From the NCBI GenBank assembly GCA_963728405.1, contig CAVSJV010000013.1:64001-128000 (forward strand): DNA of 64,000 nucleotides, in the 5' to 3' direction. Source of the DNA: Methanomassiliicoccaceae archaeon (GTDB lineage Archaea > Thermoplasmatota > Thermoplasmata > Methanomassiliicoccales > Methanomassiliicoccaceae). The notes beneath the pieces are model-generated. The model was not told where the DNA came from, did no database searches, and was given only the letters and a program-made list of their open reading frames with translations. Shown here piece after piece: positions 1 to 11,265 of this stretch; positions within the stretch are counted from its first letter, which is position 1; every line of letters begins with the position of its first letter. The position numbers and the translations under genes are program-made.

Positions 1-1113
1 GCGGTGCTCCCTTTGTCCGCCCGATGAGATCTCCTGGCCCTTGTAATCGAGGTCAAAAGAGTAGGAGTATGGGGTCCCGTCCTTTTCCATGATATAGAAC
101 GGCTTCGCTTCTTCGGGGTACTCGATAATCCAGTACATGTCGTACCCCCTTTCCTTCATGACCTCACCAAGTGCTTTCTCGCCCTCGGTCCCCAGGTCGT
201 CGCCCAGCTTGATATTCATGCCGGTGCCTTGGACCATCTCCACCGCGTCCTTGTACTCGATAACCGGGTAGGGTGCCTTAGGCACCGATATGGTGGTGTT
301 AAGTATCTCCAGTTGCGCCTTGGCCTTTGTCTCTACGCCCTTAATGACCGACATGGTACACCGTTCGATGACGTCCAGCACATCACTCATCGATTCGATG
401 AAGGCCATCTCGCCATCAAAGGAGATGAACTCCGAGACATGCCGGGCCGTATCGGACGGTTCGGCCCGGAATGCAGGGCCGATCTCGAACACGCGGTCCA
501 GTCCGGTTGACATGAGCATCTGCTTGTACAGCTGGGGGGACTGTGCCAAGTAAGCGGTCTTGTCAAAATATTTCACCTTGAACAGGGTCGCGCCGCCCTC
601 GGCGCCGGAAGCAACGATCTTGGGGGTGAACACCTCGGAGAAGCCTTCATCCACCAGGAACTGATCTATCAGGCCGAGGGTCAAGGACTTGATCTCGAAT
701 ACCGCGCGGATCTCCGGCTTGCGCAGGTCCATGAACCGGTGATCGAACCGTGTGTCCGCTTCTACGTTGACCTTGTCCACCACACCCATGAGCAGCGGGG
801 ATGCCGCAACGCTGAGGACCTCGATGGTAGAGGGAATTATCTCCACACCGCCCTTGACCTGGTTGGCGCTCTTGGCCGTGCCGGTCACCTTAACCACCGA
901 CTCGCGGGCCAACGATGTCAGGGTGGTCATGACCTCGGGGGCGATCTTCTTCTTAGGAGCAGTGATTTGAACGGTCCCATAACGGTCCCTGATGATGAGG
1001 AACGATATCCCACCCAGGTTCCTGATCTCCTGGGCCCAGCCCTTCACCACAACCTCCTTCTCCGCGTCGGCCGGGGAGAGGGACCTGGAATTGCGCAGCG
1101 TCGATTCGCTCAT
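1..1113 (-). CDS. aspS: Aspartyl-tRNA synthetase, archaeal type (runs off window start)
   Basis: Manual translation MSESTLRNSR..GWAQEIRNLGGISF..FTPKIVASGAEGGATLF..YLAQSPQLYKQMLM..RVFEIGPAFRAE shows the OB domain and class II motifs. Confidence 0.95.
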   Translation of the reverse strand, partial: MSESTLRNSRSLSPADAEKEVVVKGWAQEIRNLGGISFLIIRDRYGTVQITAPKKKIAPEVMTTLTSLARESVVKVTGTAKSANQVKGGVEIIPSTIEVLSVAASPLLMGVVDKVNVEADTRFDHRFMDLRKPEIRAVFEIKSLTLGLIDQFLVDEGFSEVFTPKIVASGAEGGATLFKVKYFDKTAYLAQSPQLYKQMLMSTGLDRVFEIGPAFRAEPSDTARHVSEFISFDGEMAFIESMSDVLDVIERCTMSVIKGVETKAKAQLEILNTTISVPKAPYPVIEYKDAVEMVQGTGMNIKLGDDLGTEGEKALGEVMKERGYDMYWIIEYPEEAKPFYIMEKDGTPYSYSFDLDYKGQEISSGGQREHR

Positions 1114-1391
1114 TCGATTACCGGGCCGTGGATGGCCTGGGGCACTATAAAACTGATGTCGCGTAACATCGGTAGCTTCTAGCGGGATCGATCGGTGAGC
1201 TTGTTCGATCAGATTCGTGTAAGGCATTGTATGTCCATGGTCCCGGACGAACGACCGTACTGGTCATCGAAGGCACTGCACCACGGCCCTACACCTAGCC
1301 CTTTGGTAATGATGGTCAGGCGAGAGATGTAGGGGCAGGAAAACCATCGACCAAAATTAATATAGTCGGTCGATTGCCAATAGTCGATACC

Positions 1392-1621
1392 ATGTCCGTC
1401 AACGTCGAGATCGACCAGGATGCTTGCATCCAGTGTGGGAGATGTTATAATGATGAATGTCCAAATGTGTTCAAGGAGGGCGAGGACGGTACATCGGAGG
1501 TCGTAGAGCAATATCGAGATGGAGGAAGCTCGGGAAGGGTAAGGTACCGGACGACTTGTTCGATTGCGCGAGCAAGGGTGCCGAGGCCTGCCCCGTAACG
1601 TGCATCACGGTCAGCAAATAG
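1392..1621 (+). CDS. Monocluster ferredoxin (one-base frameshift near 1535)
   Basis: CIQCGRCYNDECP; the shifted frame continues KVPDDLFDCASKGAEACPVTCITVSK*. Confidence 0.85.
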
Positions 1622-1740
1622 GTTGAAAATCGATACATGCTGGAATCTGAACGGTCCCATCGGGTGGAAAGCTATGATGGAACCCTACTAACTATTTATA
1701 TGGAAAGCAATATTTCGAGCGTATACTGAGGGGAAAGTAA

Positions 1741-2883
1741 ATGTCAGACAGGGTAACTGTATCAGTTATCAAGGCCGACGTCGGTTCGGTCGGCGGCCAC
1801 GCCCGCCCTCATCCGCTGATGATGACCAAGTGCGAGGAACGCCTCGCTGACGGCCTGAAGGCCGGAACGATCGATGATTTCTATGTCACCCGGGTAGGTG
1901 ATGATATCAACCTGTTCCTCGCCCACACCCGTGGGGAGAACAACCGCGACATTCACGGCCTCTGTTGGGAAGCGTTCATGGACGCTACCAAGGAAGCCAA
2001 GCGAATGAAGCTCTACGCGGCCGGTCAGGACCTATTGACCGATGCATTCTCGGGCAACGTCCGTGGTGCGGGGCCCGGAGCTGCGGAGATGGAGTTCAAG
2101 GAAAGAGGAGCCGAGCCGATCGTGTTCTTCATGGCTGACAAGACCGAGCCATCGTCCTACTCTCTTCCGTTGTGCAGGACCTACATGGACCCGTTCACGA
2201 CCACCGGGTTGGTAATCGACCCGCGGGCCCACGAGGGCTTCAAGTTCGAGATAGTGGATGTCTGCGACTCCAAGAAAGTGATAATGACCACTCCCGACGA
2301 GACGTATGATATCCTGACCCTACTGGGCGATACCACCAGGTATGCCATAAAGAAGATATGGTCCAAGGACCCGTCCATCGGTCTCGGTGCTGTGGTCTCG
2401 ACCGAGAAGCTCAACATCTCTGCTGGCAAGTATGTCGGCAAGGACGACCCGGTCTGCGTATGCCGTGCTCAGAGCGGCCTACCTGCGGTCGGAGAGATCC
2501 TGCAGCCCTACATGTTCCCGGCATTGGTCTCCGGCTGGATGAGGGGCTCCCACTATGGTGGCTGGTATCCCTGCTCGGTGGCCGATTCCGATCCGACCTA
2601 CTTCGACGGCCCCCCACGCATCTGCGCGGTCGGCCTGCACATGAGCAACGGCAAGTTCCAGGGTCTCGAGAACCCCGGCTCACCGCCCGGATTCCATACT
2701 CCATTGGACTATTTTGCCGGCAGCTGCTGGGACGAGGCCAGGAAGGGAGCAGTAAAGGCTTCTATCTACATGCGCCGCCACGGTCCGTTCATGCCTGCCG
2801 TGCTCGGTCCTGAGGAGATGGAATACACCACTCGCCCGGCCGTGCTCAAGAAGCTGAAGGAAAGGATGGAAAAACTTGACTAG
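1741..2883 (+). CDS. fbp: Bifunctional fructose-1,6-bisphosphate aldolase/phosphatase (class V)
   Basis: IKADVGS, GDD, LYAAGQDLL, GKYVGKDDP, GWMRGSH, FDGPPR and MEYTT motifs. Confidence 0.95.
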   Translation: MSDRVTVSVIKADVGSVGGHARPHPLMMTKCEERLADGLKAGTIDDFYVTRVGDDINLFLAHTRGENNRDIHGLCWEAFMDATKEAKRMKLYAAGQDLLTDAFSGNVRGAGPGAAEMEFKERGAEPIVFFMADKTEPSSYSLPLCRTYMDPFTTTGLVIDPRAHEGFKFEIVDVCDSKKVIMTTPDETYDILTLLGDTTRYAIKKIWSKDPSIGLGAVVSTEKLNISAGKYVGKDDPVCVCRAQSGLPAVGEILQPYMFPALVSGWMRGSHYGGWYPCSVADSDPTYFDGPPRICAVGLHMSNGKFQGLENPGSPPGFHTPLDYFAGSCWDEARKGAVKASIYMRRHGPFMPAVLGPEEMEYTTRPAVLKKLKERMEKLD

Positions 2884-3554
2884 ACTGCGAACGCCGGTGG
2901 TCATGGTCAACTTCAAGGCCTATGCCGAGGTCGAGGGCCCCCGATCCGTGGCCCTGGCCGAAGCGTGCCAAGAAGTGTCCGATGACACCGGCATAATTAT
3001 CGCGGTCTGCCCGCCCACTACGGAGCTGGCCGCCGTGGCGAAAGCGGTCACCGTTCCGGTCTTTGCTCAGCATGTCGATGCCCGGAAACCCGGCCCGGCC
3101 ACTGGGTGGACGACCCCGGAGCTGGTAAAGGCCTCCGGTGCGGCAGGCACAGTTGCTCAATCACTCGGAACATCGCATGGTCCTAGCCGATCTGTCTTTG
3201 GCCATCGAATTGTGCAAGGCATCGGGCCTGGGCACCTGCGTGTGCACTGATACTGAGGCCACTTCGGCCGCAGCAGCCTCATTGGACCCGGATTTCATCG
3301 CCGTCGAGCCTCCCGAGCTCATCGGCGGGGACATATCGGTAACTGACGCCCAACCGGAGATCATATCTAATGTGGTCATGGCGGTACGACGGATCGATGA
3401 GGGCATAGGGGTCCTATGCGGGGCCGGAGTGAAGAATGGCAAGGACGTCAAGAAGGCTATAGAGCTTGGCGCGTCCGGGGTCCTGTTGGCCTCTGGAGTG
3501 GTCAAGTCTAAGGAGCCCAGAAAGGTCCTGGCCGATCTGGTACAATATCTTTGA
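2876..3554 (+). CDS. tpiA: Triosephosphate isomerase, archaeal type (frameshift near 3142)
   Basis: VNFKAY and AQHVD in one frame; LLNHSE, AVEPPELIG, GAGV and GVLLASG in the next. Confidence 0.93.
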
Positions 3555-3617
3555 TAATCTTTTCGGTCTAACTGTAGTGGATCATTCTATCCCGTCGCCT
3601 CGCCGGTATCGTGGTCG

Positions 3618-5624
3618 ATGAGGGGTCTGTCCATCTTGGTCCTGCTGGTGCTCATTCTCCCCATAACCCAGCCTGGCCCCTCATCCCTCTCAGGTATCGG
3701 GACCTCCATTCCCTCTCTGGCGGGCGAGATCGCTTTAGATCAGCCACCCTCTGATGTTAGATTAATATTGACAGAGATATGCCCCGGTCATCCGACCGAA
3801 TACATGATCATCACCAATGAGGGGGAGGACATTTCCGTCCGGGGAGTGACCGTTACTGATGGAGAGGGCAACATCACCATTCTTACCGAGATAGTCCTAC
3901 CAAGGGGCGGCTCGTTAGCCTTGGCATGCGACCGGTCCGTTTTCCAGACATTATACCCGGAGATGATGTGTCTGGAAGAGGGGAACACGAATCTCTCCTG
4001 GGGTGGACGCTTCACCCTGGCCGATGCGGGGGATGAGGTGATTTTGTCCTATGCCGACGGCACGATCCTTGATGTGGCGGTCTACGGTGGCTCTCAATAC
4101 TCTGGTCCTGGATGGAGTGGACTGGCGATCGAAGGGGCCGCTAAATCCCACGCCCTGGTGAGGTCCGGTCCCGATACCAACACGGCATCGGACTGGAGCG
4201 TCGAACCGCCTGGACGGTCTGATTTCTTGAAGATGACCTTTGAGGCGATAGTCGAGCCGTTCTCGATCCCAGAAAATGCCGCTGAACGACTACTACGCGA
4301 GCTTGACATGGCCTCACGGAGCGTGAAGTGTTCGGTCTATGAGCTAACCGACCCGGCGATCGTTAATGCTCTCGCCAGGTGCTCCCGCCGCGGTCTTGAT
4401 GTTAACGTGCTCATCGAAGGGCAGCCCGTGGGCGGTCTATCGAACGCATCTCTCAGTGCCATATCGACCCTGCGAGCTGCCAATGCGGAGGTCAAGGAGC
4501 TGCGATCCACCGACTCGTACAAGCGCTACGATTACCTCCATGCCAAGTATATGGTCCTGGACGGCCGGCGGGTCGTGGTTATGTCGGAGAACTGGGGAAG
4601 AGGCCTCTACAACAACCGGGGGTGGGGAGCATGCCTGGACGGCGTGGGAATCGCTGGATACTACAATAGTGTGTTCGAAGCCGACTTCTTCGGTCCTCTC
4701 GACATATGTCAACCAGAGGTCAATGCCCCTACATTGGCATCGGTCGAAACGGAATCTAGTGGTTCCGAAGAACTCGTTCGTTATCGTTGTCAGGTCACAA
4801 CCATCCTATCCCCGGACTATTCGGGTGGAGCGCTACATGAACTGATTGCCACCGCCAAGGAAACAATCCTGGTCGAACAAATGTCAGTCGATAAACTCTG
4901 GTTATCCGGTCCGAGCCTCGTGGCCGATCTGATATCTGCGGCTGCCCGAGGGGTAAAGGTCCGTGTGTTGCTGGACACCTCCTGGGGAGGCGGCGACAAT
5001 GGACTGGTGGCCGAAACCCTTAACGATCTTGCGGCGAGGAACGGCCTGGACCTGGAGGTTCGGTTGATATCCGAGTATCATGGTCTGTCGGTGATGCATA
5101 ACAAGGGGCTGATCGTTGATGACCGGACGGTCATTTCTTCTATCAACTGGGGAGACTGTGCCGTCTACCAGAACCGTGAGGCTGGGGTAATCATTGCATC
5201 TCTTCCGATAACCGATTATTTCGCGAACCTGTTCTGGATGGATTGGAACATCGATCCGATCCCGCCCAGGGCGATACTGCCGTGGACCTATCTGCAGGTC
5301 AACTCGGGGGAACCCGTTTTCATGGATGCCAGCGGCTCGACCGATAATGGCGGAAAGCTATTCTTCGAGTGGGATGTCAACGGGGATGGGTCCTCCGAGA
5401 ACGCCTCATCGTCCTGGGTGGCCCTCCTGCCTGAAGGGAACAATACCATCGTCCTGACCGTACGAGATAGGGGCAACAATACGGCCACAGCGATGTGCTG
5501 GGTGGAGGTGCTGCCCGTCACGAACGACAGCTCCTCGTTCCCACTTTTGCTCATGGCATTGCCCATCTTAGTGCTGGTGTCGATAATCATATTGAAAAAG
5601 ATTATCCGGGAGAAGAGATATTGA
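3618..5624 (+). CDS. Membrane-anchored phospholipase D-family protein (lamin-tail-like, two HKD motifs, PKD-like domain)
   Basis: Signal peptide, HAKYMVLD and HNKGLIVD motifs, DASGSTD..FEWD PKD-like segment, C-terminal TM helix. Confidence 0.85.
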   Translation: MRGLSILVLLVLILPITQPGPSSLSGIGTSIPSLAGEIALDQPPSDVRLILTEICPGHPTEYMIITNEGEDISVRGVTVTDGEGNITILTEIVLPRGGSLALACDRSVFQTLYPEMMCLEEGNTNLSWGGRFTLADAGDEVILSYADGTILDVAVYGGSQYSGPGWSGLAIEGAAKSHALVRSGPDTNTASDWSVEPPGRSDFLKMTFEAIVEPFSIPENAAERLLRELDMASRSVKCSVYELTDPAIVNALARCSRRGLDVNVLIEGQPVGGLSNASLSAISTLRAANAEVKELRSTDSYKRYDYLHAKYMVLDGRRVVVMSENWGRGLYNNRGWGACLDGVGIAGYYNSVFEADFFGPLDICQPEVNAPTLASVETESSGSEELVRYRCQVTTILSPDYSGGALHELIATAKETILVEQMSVDKLWLSGPSLVADLISAAARGVKVRVLLDTSWGGGDNGLVAETLNDLAARNGLDLEVRLISEYHGLSVMHNKGLIVDDRTVISSINWGDCAVYQNREAGVIIASLPITDYFANLFWMDWNIDPIPPRAILPWTYLQVNSGEPVFMDASGSTDNGGKLFFEWDVNGDGSSENASSSWVALLPEGNNTIVLTVRDRGNNTATAMCWVEVLPVTNDSSSFPLLLMALPILVLVSIIILKKIIREKRY

Positions 5625-5631
5625 TTAGCCG

Positions 5632-6066
5632 TTGTATCTGAGAGGATTCTCCGCTAGCGACCTTACTTCGGTCTACGATCTAGCCTGTTACACTTTGAGC
5701 GAGAGATACGATCCAAACATCTTCACCTCGATATCTGCAGCATGGCCGGAAGGATTCACAGTGGTAGAGAGCCCCTGGGGAATCAAAGCGTTCCTTCTGG
5801 GGGTCATGACCTCCTCGGTCCATTCCCGGGTCCTGATGCTGACGGTGGCGCCGGAAATGAGGAGGAAAGGGGTCGGGACCATGCTAATGAATCGCTTCAT
5901 GGAGGAGAGCATCAAAAAGGGGGCCAAGGTCCTGACTCTGGAGGTCCGGAGAGGTAACGTCATAGCGATGGAGTTCTACAAGAAGTTCGGGTTCCAACCA
6001 ATCGATGTGATAAAGGGTTATTACAACGATGGTGAGGACGCTTACCAGATGCAGATGTTCATCTGA
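5632..6066 (+). CDS. rimI: RimI/Ard1-like N-acetyltransferase
   Basis: RRKGVG, LEVRRGN..AMEFYKKFGF, YYNDGEDA. Confidence 0.85.
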   Translation: MYLRGFSASDLTSVYDLACYTLSERYDPNIFTSISAAWPEGFTVVESPWGIKAFLLGVMTSSVHSRVLMLTVAPEMRRKGVGTMLMNRFMEESIKKGAKVLTLEVRRGNVIAMEFYKKFGFQPIDVIKGYYNDGEDAYQMQMFI

Positions 6067-6067
6067 C

Positions 6068-7601
6068 CTAGTGGTAGGCCTGGTCGTCCCGAATATGTTC
6101 GTTCCAGAAATAGTACGGGGAGCGCTCCTTCTGTGCTGAAGATATGTCCGTTCCCAGCCCTTTCATGTACTGTACCATACCGCTCGCGAATCTGCTCCTC
6201 TGCGGTCCGGCTCCGCTTCTGGGCGGCCGCCACGTGCCGTTCATCTATGACCGTGTCGCCGAGGGAGATGGCCAGATCGCCCGCCGTGCGGATGAGGCCT
6301 CCGAGCTCACGCAGTCTGAGGGTCAGGGCGTTTTCCTTGCCATCGGAGAGCCTGGCGCGGACCTTGGCCTCCTTGATGATCGCGTCGACCGCCGACCGGG
6401 TAGCATGTGGTATCTTCCCATCGGTAATGATCTCTTGAGCGATGAACTGGGCGATACGGGCGCGGTTAAGATCGTTGTCCTCCATGAAGGTCTCGACCAG
6501 GACCTCGTACCCGTCCCCGTTGATCCTCGACCTCAGGGGTGAGAGCACCTGCTCTAGATCTTGTATGTTGCACGCTCCGACCAGGATGAAATTGGCCGGG
6601 ACCGCGTCGACCTTGACCGATGCGCCAGCCGACTGGGGATTGCGTCCAGAGATCGGCGCGCGTTTCTCCTGCATTGCAGTAAGGATCAGACGCTGTATGG
6701 GGCCCAGATGGGAGATCTCGTCCAGGAATAGGACGCCCTCATGGGCCTCGTGAATGGCACCGGGGATAACTCGTTCGTAAGGCTGTGTGCCCAATGAAAG
6801 ATGGCCACCGAAGGGGTCATGCCGGACATCACCGAGAAGCTCCGTTTCTGAGGCCCCGGTCGCAAGCACGAACGGGTTGCGTTCTAAGGGCACCAGGACC
6901 TTGCGGGGGCGTTGCTTTTCGAATTCTCGTCGCCGTTCCAACGCACCCTGGTCCAACACCCGGATCATCTCGCCGGCCCGTTCGAAGACCACCACCTCTT
7001 CCTTGTCAAAGCGCTTGCGGGTGGTGGTGACCTTCTCTTTACCGGCATTGAGACCGGGAGCGGCCCCTGCCATCGATTCCATAAGATTGCCCAGCAGGTC
7101 GCCGAACGGATTTCCTGGCTGGACCCCGGTATCGATCTTGGGCTTTTCGCACTTGGGACAGATACGTTCCTGCGGGGATGAATAGGTCCCACAGTTGCGG
7201 CAGCGGTAGGCGAGCCGCTCGGCCACGTTGGCCGGGGCGGCCTGGGGCTCGATAAGCTCGCCTTCCGCTGATCCCCGGGTCTCCCGTTCCCTAAGGATCT
7301 CATCCTCGCGCTTTACCTCCACCAGCGGCCGCTCGGGGTTCTCCGGATTATGGACGATCCGGATCTCCTCACGGGGTTTGGGAAGGTAAAGAGCGAGGGC
7401 CTGAGCGATCATGGACTTTCCAGTACCCGGCGGGCCGACCAGCAGGAGATGTCTCCTTTGCTTGGCAGCGATCCGCGCGAGCTCCACCGCTTCATCCTGT
7501 CCGATGACTCTCCTGAGGGGGTCCTTCGGTATGGCGATATCTGCGGTTGTGGTGATGGACCTGAGGTCCATCTCCTTCTGGATGTCCACTTTTTCGCTCA
7601 T
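6068..7601 (-). CDS. LonB-related AAA+ ATPase with Zn ribbon and no protease domain (frameshift near 6170)
   Basis: [55 protein letters not shown]; corrected C-terminus [12 protein letters not shown]. Confidence 0.85.
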
Positions 7602-9125
7602 TCGTTCAGGTCTTCCTTGGTCCAGATCTCCACCGCAGCGGGCTGCTTGGTGATGTTGCCCATCTTGGTGCCCACGATGGTGGTGATCTTGTTGTCGGCT
7701 GCGATGTCCAGGATCCTCTGGGTGATTATCCCATCGAAAACGACCGCGCTCACTCCCTTCCCATTGGCCTTCAGAGTGTTGACCAATTCTCTGACCGGAA
7801 CCTCCTTGATGACCTCGCCGGCCGTATCCATTATTCTGGCCTTGGAGGTGGCGGAAAGATCGTTGATGATTGCCTTATAGCGCACCTGGGCCTCGGACAG
7901 CTTCTTGGTAGGCTCGATCTCGACCGGCTCCGGCTCGTAGGATTGTTCTACGCTCTTCTCGGGTAGGGCAGCGACCGGCTCGACGACGGGTAGCTCCTTC
8001 ACCGGTTCGCGCGGTTCCTTGGGTTCGCGGGATTCGCGCGGTTCACGGCGTTCCTTGCGGTCCCGGGGCTCGCGGTGGGGGCGCTCAGAAGGCTTCTCTT
8101 GAGGTCGTTCCTGGGGACGTTCTTGAGTACGCTCCGAAGGCCTCTCCTGGGCCCGTTCCTGGGAACGCTGCTCCACGGGAACCTCCTCCCTAGGCTCACG
8201 GAACTCCCTCTCCCGCTGCTGTTCGCCGCGGGGTTGCTCCTTGGGGGCGCGCTCCTCGCGGGGCTCGGCGACGGGCTTTCCGTTCTCCGTGGACATCCCA
8301 TACATCTCCATGAACTGCTCGCCGGGGATCTTATTCCGGAGGCATTTCATGATCTGTTTCTGGGTCAGCTCCTCGACCTCCATACCGCGCGGGGCGCGGG
8401 CGACGAAGTCCACTTCGGCCACCTGGAACAGCTCACGCAGGATGAGCTCTCCGCCCCTGTCGCCGTCGACGAAGGCAGTAATGACCCTCTCCTTGCTGAG
8501 ATCCATGACGGTCTTCGGGACATTAGTACCCTCAACGGCGATGGCGTTCTTGATGCCCGACTTGAGCAGGTTCAGGACGGTCCGACCTTCCTTCCACAAT
8601 GATGATAGCGTCGCTGTCGGTGACGTTCGGACCAGCAGGCAAGCGCTCCTTGCCATAGTGAATGATCTCCTCGGTCTGAACGCTCTGACGGACACTTTCG
8701 GTCAGATCGATGCCGGAGGTCTTGGACTGCTTTATCAGCTCGGTGAGCAGTTCCTTGGCCCTCTCGATGATCTTGGACCTCTTGGTGATCCGGACATCCT
8801 CGATGCTCAGGACGTTTATCTTGGCCTTGCACGGCCCCACGCGGTCGATAGTCTCTAGCGCGGAAGCCAGAATAACGGTCTCAACTTGATCAAGACTTGA
8901 CGGTATGAGGACCTCACCGTCGGACTTGCCCTGCTTGGAGCTTACATCGACCTCGATGCGGCCGATACGGCCACTCTTCTGTAGGTCTCTTAGGTCCAGC
9001 TCGTCGCCCAGCAATCCTTCGGTCTGTCCAAAAATTGCACCTACCACGTCCGGCTTCTCGACGATACCGTCGGCCTGAAGCCTGGCTTTGATCATGTACT
9101 TGGTAGTGCTAGGATCGATGTTCAT
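7598..9125 (-). CDS. dnaG: Archaeal DnaG (TOPRIM protein; frameshift near 8580)
   Basis: [55 protein letters not shown]. Confidence 0.95.
8020..8260 (-). repeat. Low-complexity QERP/EPRE coding repeats in the DnaG linker
   Basis: [43 protein letters not shown]. Confidence 0.7.
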
Positions 9126-9418
9126 AGGGTTACACCTCTTATATCTCGAAAACGGCGTCCATACGACCAAAGATCACGCTGGTCTATCGAATTTCTTTGC
9201 CAGGTGAACTGTCCAGTATCGACTGTACAGAACCCGACCTTGTTTTATTACAACTCGCATTCGTGCGAGATGTGATGATGATAGTGAGCATGAAATCAGT
9301 CTAGTGAGGAAGTCGTTTCGACCCCGATAGGGTCCAATGTTGCTTATAAACCTTTCTGGGGCAGTATGACCTTTTAGATTACTGATATCCGTTCAGATAG
9401 GCATGAGCCAGATATCAA

Positions 9419-9619
9419 TCAACCACCCGATGCTACCTTGATGATCTTGATCGATTCTCCGTCGATAAGTTTCTCATCGACCGGTATTGGCATTCGACCC
9501 CTCAGAACGATATGGGCATCCGGCAAAAGTCTTAGCATGTCCAAAACGTTCTGAGGTGTAGAATTGTCGCCTAGTTCGATGACCTCGTCGCTTTTCGCCA
9601 TCAGCACGCGGACCCTCAT
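9419..9619 (-). CDS. ThiS/MoaD/SAMP ubiquitin-like protein
   Basis: 66 aa, ends IKVASGG. Confidence 0.85.
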   Translation of the reverse strand: MRVRVLMAKSDEVIELGDNSTPQNVLDMLRLLPDAHIVLRGRMPIPVDEKLIDGESIKIIKVASGG

Positions 9620-9788
9620 TGGCCCTTGCACGCACCGGTAGGACATGATTCTTTCCCCATCATTTAGGTCGTTCGATGCTCCCTGAGTCCCCCGATCTTC
9701 AATCGGCACCGGGCCAGAGGCGTGGATGGGGGCGATAGCTTCCCCTAACAGTTAATATCATGGACTGGCAGGATGACCGGGGTAATAA

Positions 9789-9974
9789 ATGGCCGATGCT
9801 AAACAAATCACATGTTCATGTGGGTGGACGTTGATCTCCCCATTGGGAGAGGACGACGCCCACAAGTGTGCTGAGATGCACGCGAACGAACACCACTCCG
9901 AAATGAATCTGAGCCGGGACCAGTTAAAGAATTTGATCAGATCCGTTCAGTTACTCCAGGCAAGGTCGATGTGA
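9789..9974 (+). CDS. DUF1059-like small metal-binding protein
   Basis: CSCGW..HANEHH pattern, 61 aa. Confidence 0.65.
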   Translation: MADAKQITCSCGWTLISPLGEDDAHKCAEMHANEHHSEMNLSRDQLKNLIRSVQLLQARSM

Positions 9975-10317
9975 CCTGGTATCTGTAATGGGGAAAACTG
10001 CCTTGTATGGGGACGAGGGTCGGTTCGCTTTCGCCATTATTATATGGCACGAAAGTAGGCGAACAATTAAAGGGCCCTGCATTGGAACACGAAGGCCGTG
10101 GTCTACCTACTTCTACACAAAGGGAAACAATCGCCCCAGCATTAACGGATCCACTCGGCTGCCGGTCTGCCGTTACTGGACCAAGTGGAAAGATTTCCGA
10201 TGGGACTCGAACTCGCTGTGTCGATCTTTCCGACATGATGCCCTTGGAGGCCCCCAAAGAGAAGAAGGGGTGGTCAGCAAATGGTTTATATGTGGTCAGG
10301 GTTTTGCCATATCCGAC

Positions 10318-10428
10318 GCCGAGGTAGTCTAGCCCGGTAAGGCGGTGGCCTCGAATTAACCATCGAGGTTACCGAGCAAGCCACTGACGGTCTCCGTCAC
10401 GGGAGTTCGAATCTCTCCCTCGGCGCCA
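10318..10428 (+). tRNA. tRNA-Ser(CGA) with a 23-nt intron (10356-10378) at position 37/38 and encoded CCA
   Basis: Acceptor GCCGAGG/CCTCGGC, anticodon stem GTGGC/GCCAC, long variable arm, GTTCGAATC T-loop, upstream TTTATA box. Confidence 0.93.
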
Positions 10429-10549
10429 ATTTTCTCCTTTAACATTGGCCCAACCGCTGCTTTTGCGCTGATCCTTTCGCCAGCTGCCTCTGGGCTACAA
10501 GGGCCGCCTGAGGGCCGTCCTGAGATGGTTCGTTGGAACGGGCATAGGG

Positions 10550-11110
10550 TCACCTGGTGAGGGTGTACTTCACCACGCCCTTTCCCCATACGGTCTCTTG
10601 CAGCCGATTGGCGAACTCCTCCATCTTCTGAGGGTAATCCTCACCAAAATCCCTCTTCACGAAGGTCTGGGCCTGATCGAAGAGGGCCAGGTCCCGATCT
10701 GAGTCCATAATGTTCTCTATGGCTGGGAACACGAAATCCTCTTCCTTTATGATATGGTCACGCATGTGCGCCACCAGGTCGATGCAGTTCTGGGCCAGCG
10801 GTTCTCGGTCCCAGGATGCCACGTTGCTGGCGATGGCTTCAGCGAACGACCTAGCCTGGCGATGTTCGGCGACGAGATCGGGGATCATGGCCTTGATCCG
10901 GTCCGGTCCGTCGGCAGCGACCGGGAAAATGAAGCGTTCCTCCTTACCATGATGATAGTTGTCCATGAACTTCAGGAAGAAATCTGCTACCTCGGGCATG
11001 ATGCCCTTGTGTTGGTCCAGATTCCCGCTCACGGCCATGTCGGAAACCACGTCCAGGACCTGCCTGAGGATCCCATGGTCGTAGGATAGAATGGTGATGG
11101 TGACGCGCAT
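10550..11110 (-). CDS. Hemerythrin HHE domain protein
   Basis: DH..HHGKEE..EH..HIIKEE pattern. Confidence 0.85.
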   Translation of the reverse strand: MRVTITILSYDHGILRQVLDVVSDMAVSGNLDQHKGIMPEVADFFLKFMDNYHHGKEERFIFPVAADGPDRIKAMIPDLVAEHRQARSFAEAIASNVASWDREPLAQNCIDLVAHMRDHIIKEEDFVFPAIENIMDSDRDLALFDQAQTFVKRDFGEDYPQKMEEFANRLQETVWGKGVVKYTLTR

Positions 11111-11265
11111 GAGTAACAATATCACAGCGCACAGTATCTAGTTCTTCTCCCTGCTAGCCACGGTGAAAGGTCTGGAGTCAAATGGGTTTTATAATTGCTC
11201 TGTAGATTGATTAGCATGGGATCGCCCTTGACGAGCAATATCGCCGAGGGGCCCGAGGTGATCGG

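Noticed and set aside
9988-10332. Overlapping 106-114 aa ORFs before tRNA-Ser
   Set aside because: No recognisable motifs; they run through the tRNA promoter into the tRNA.
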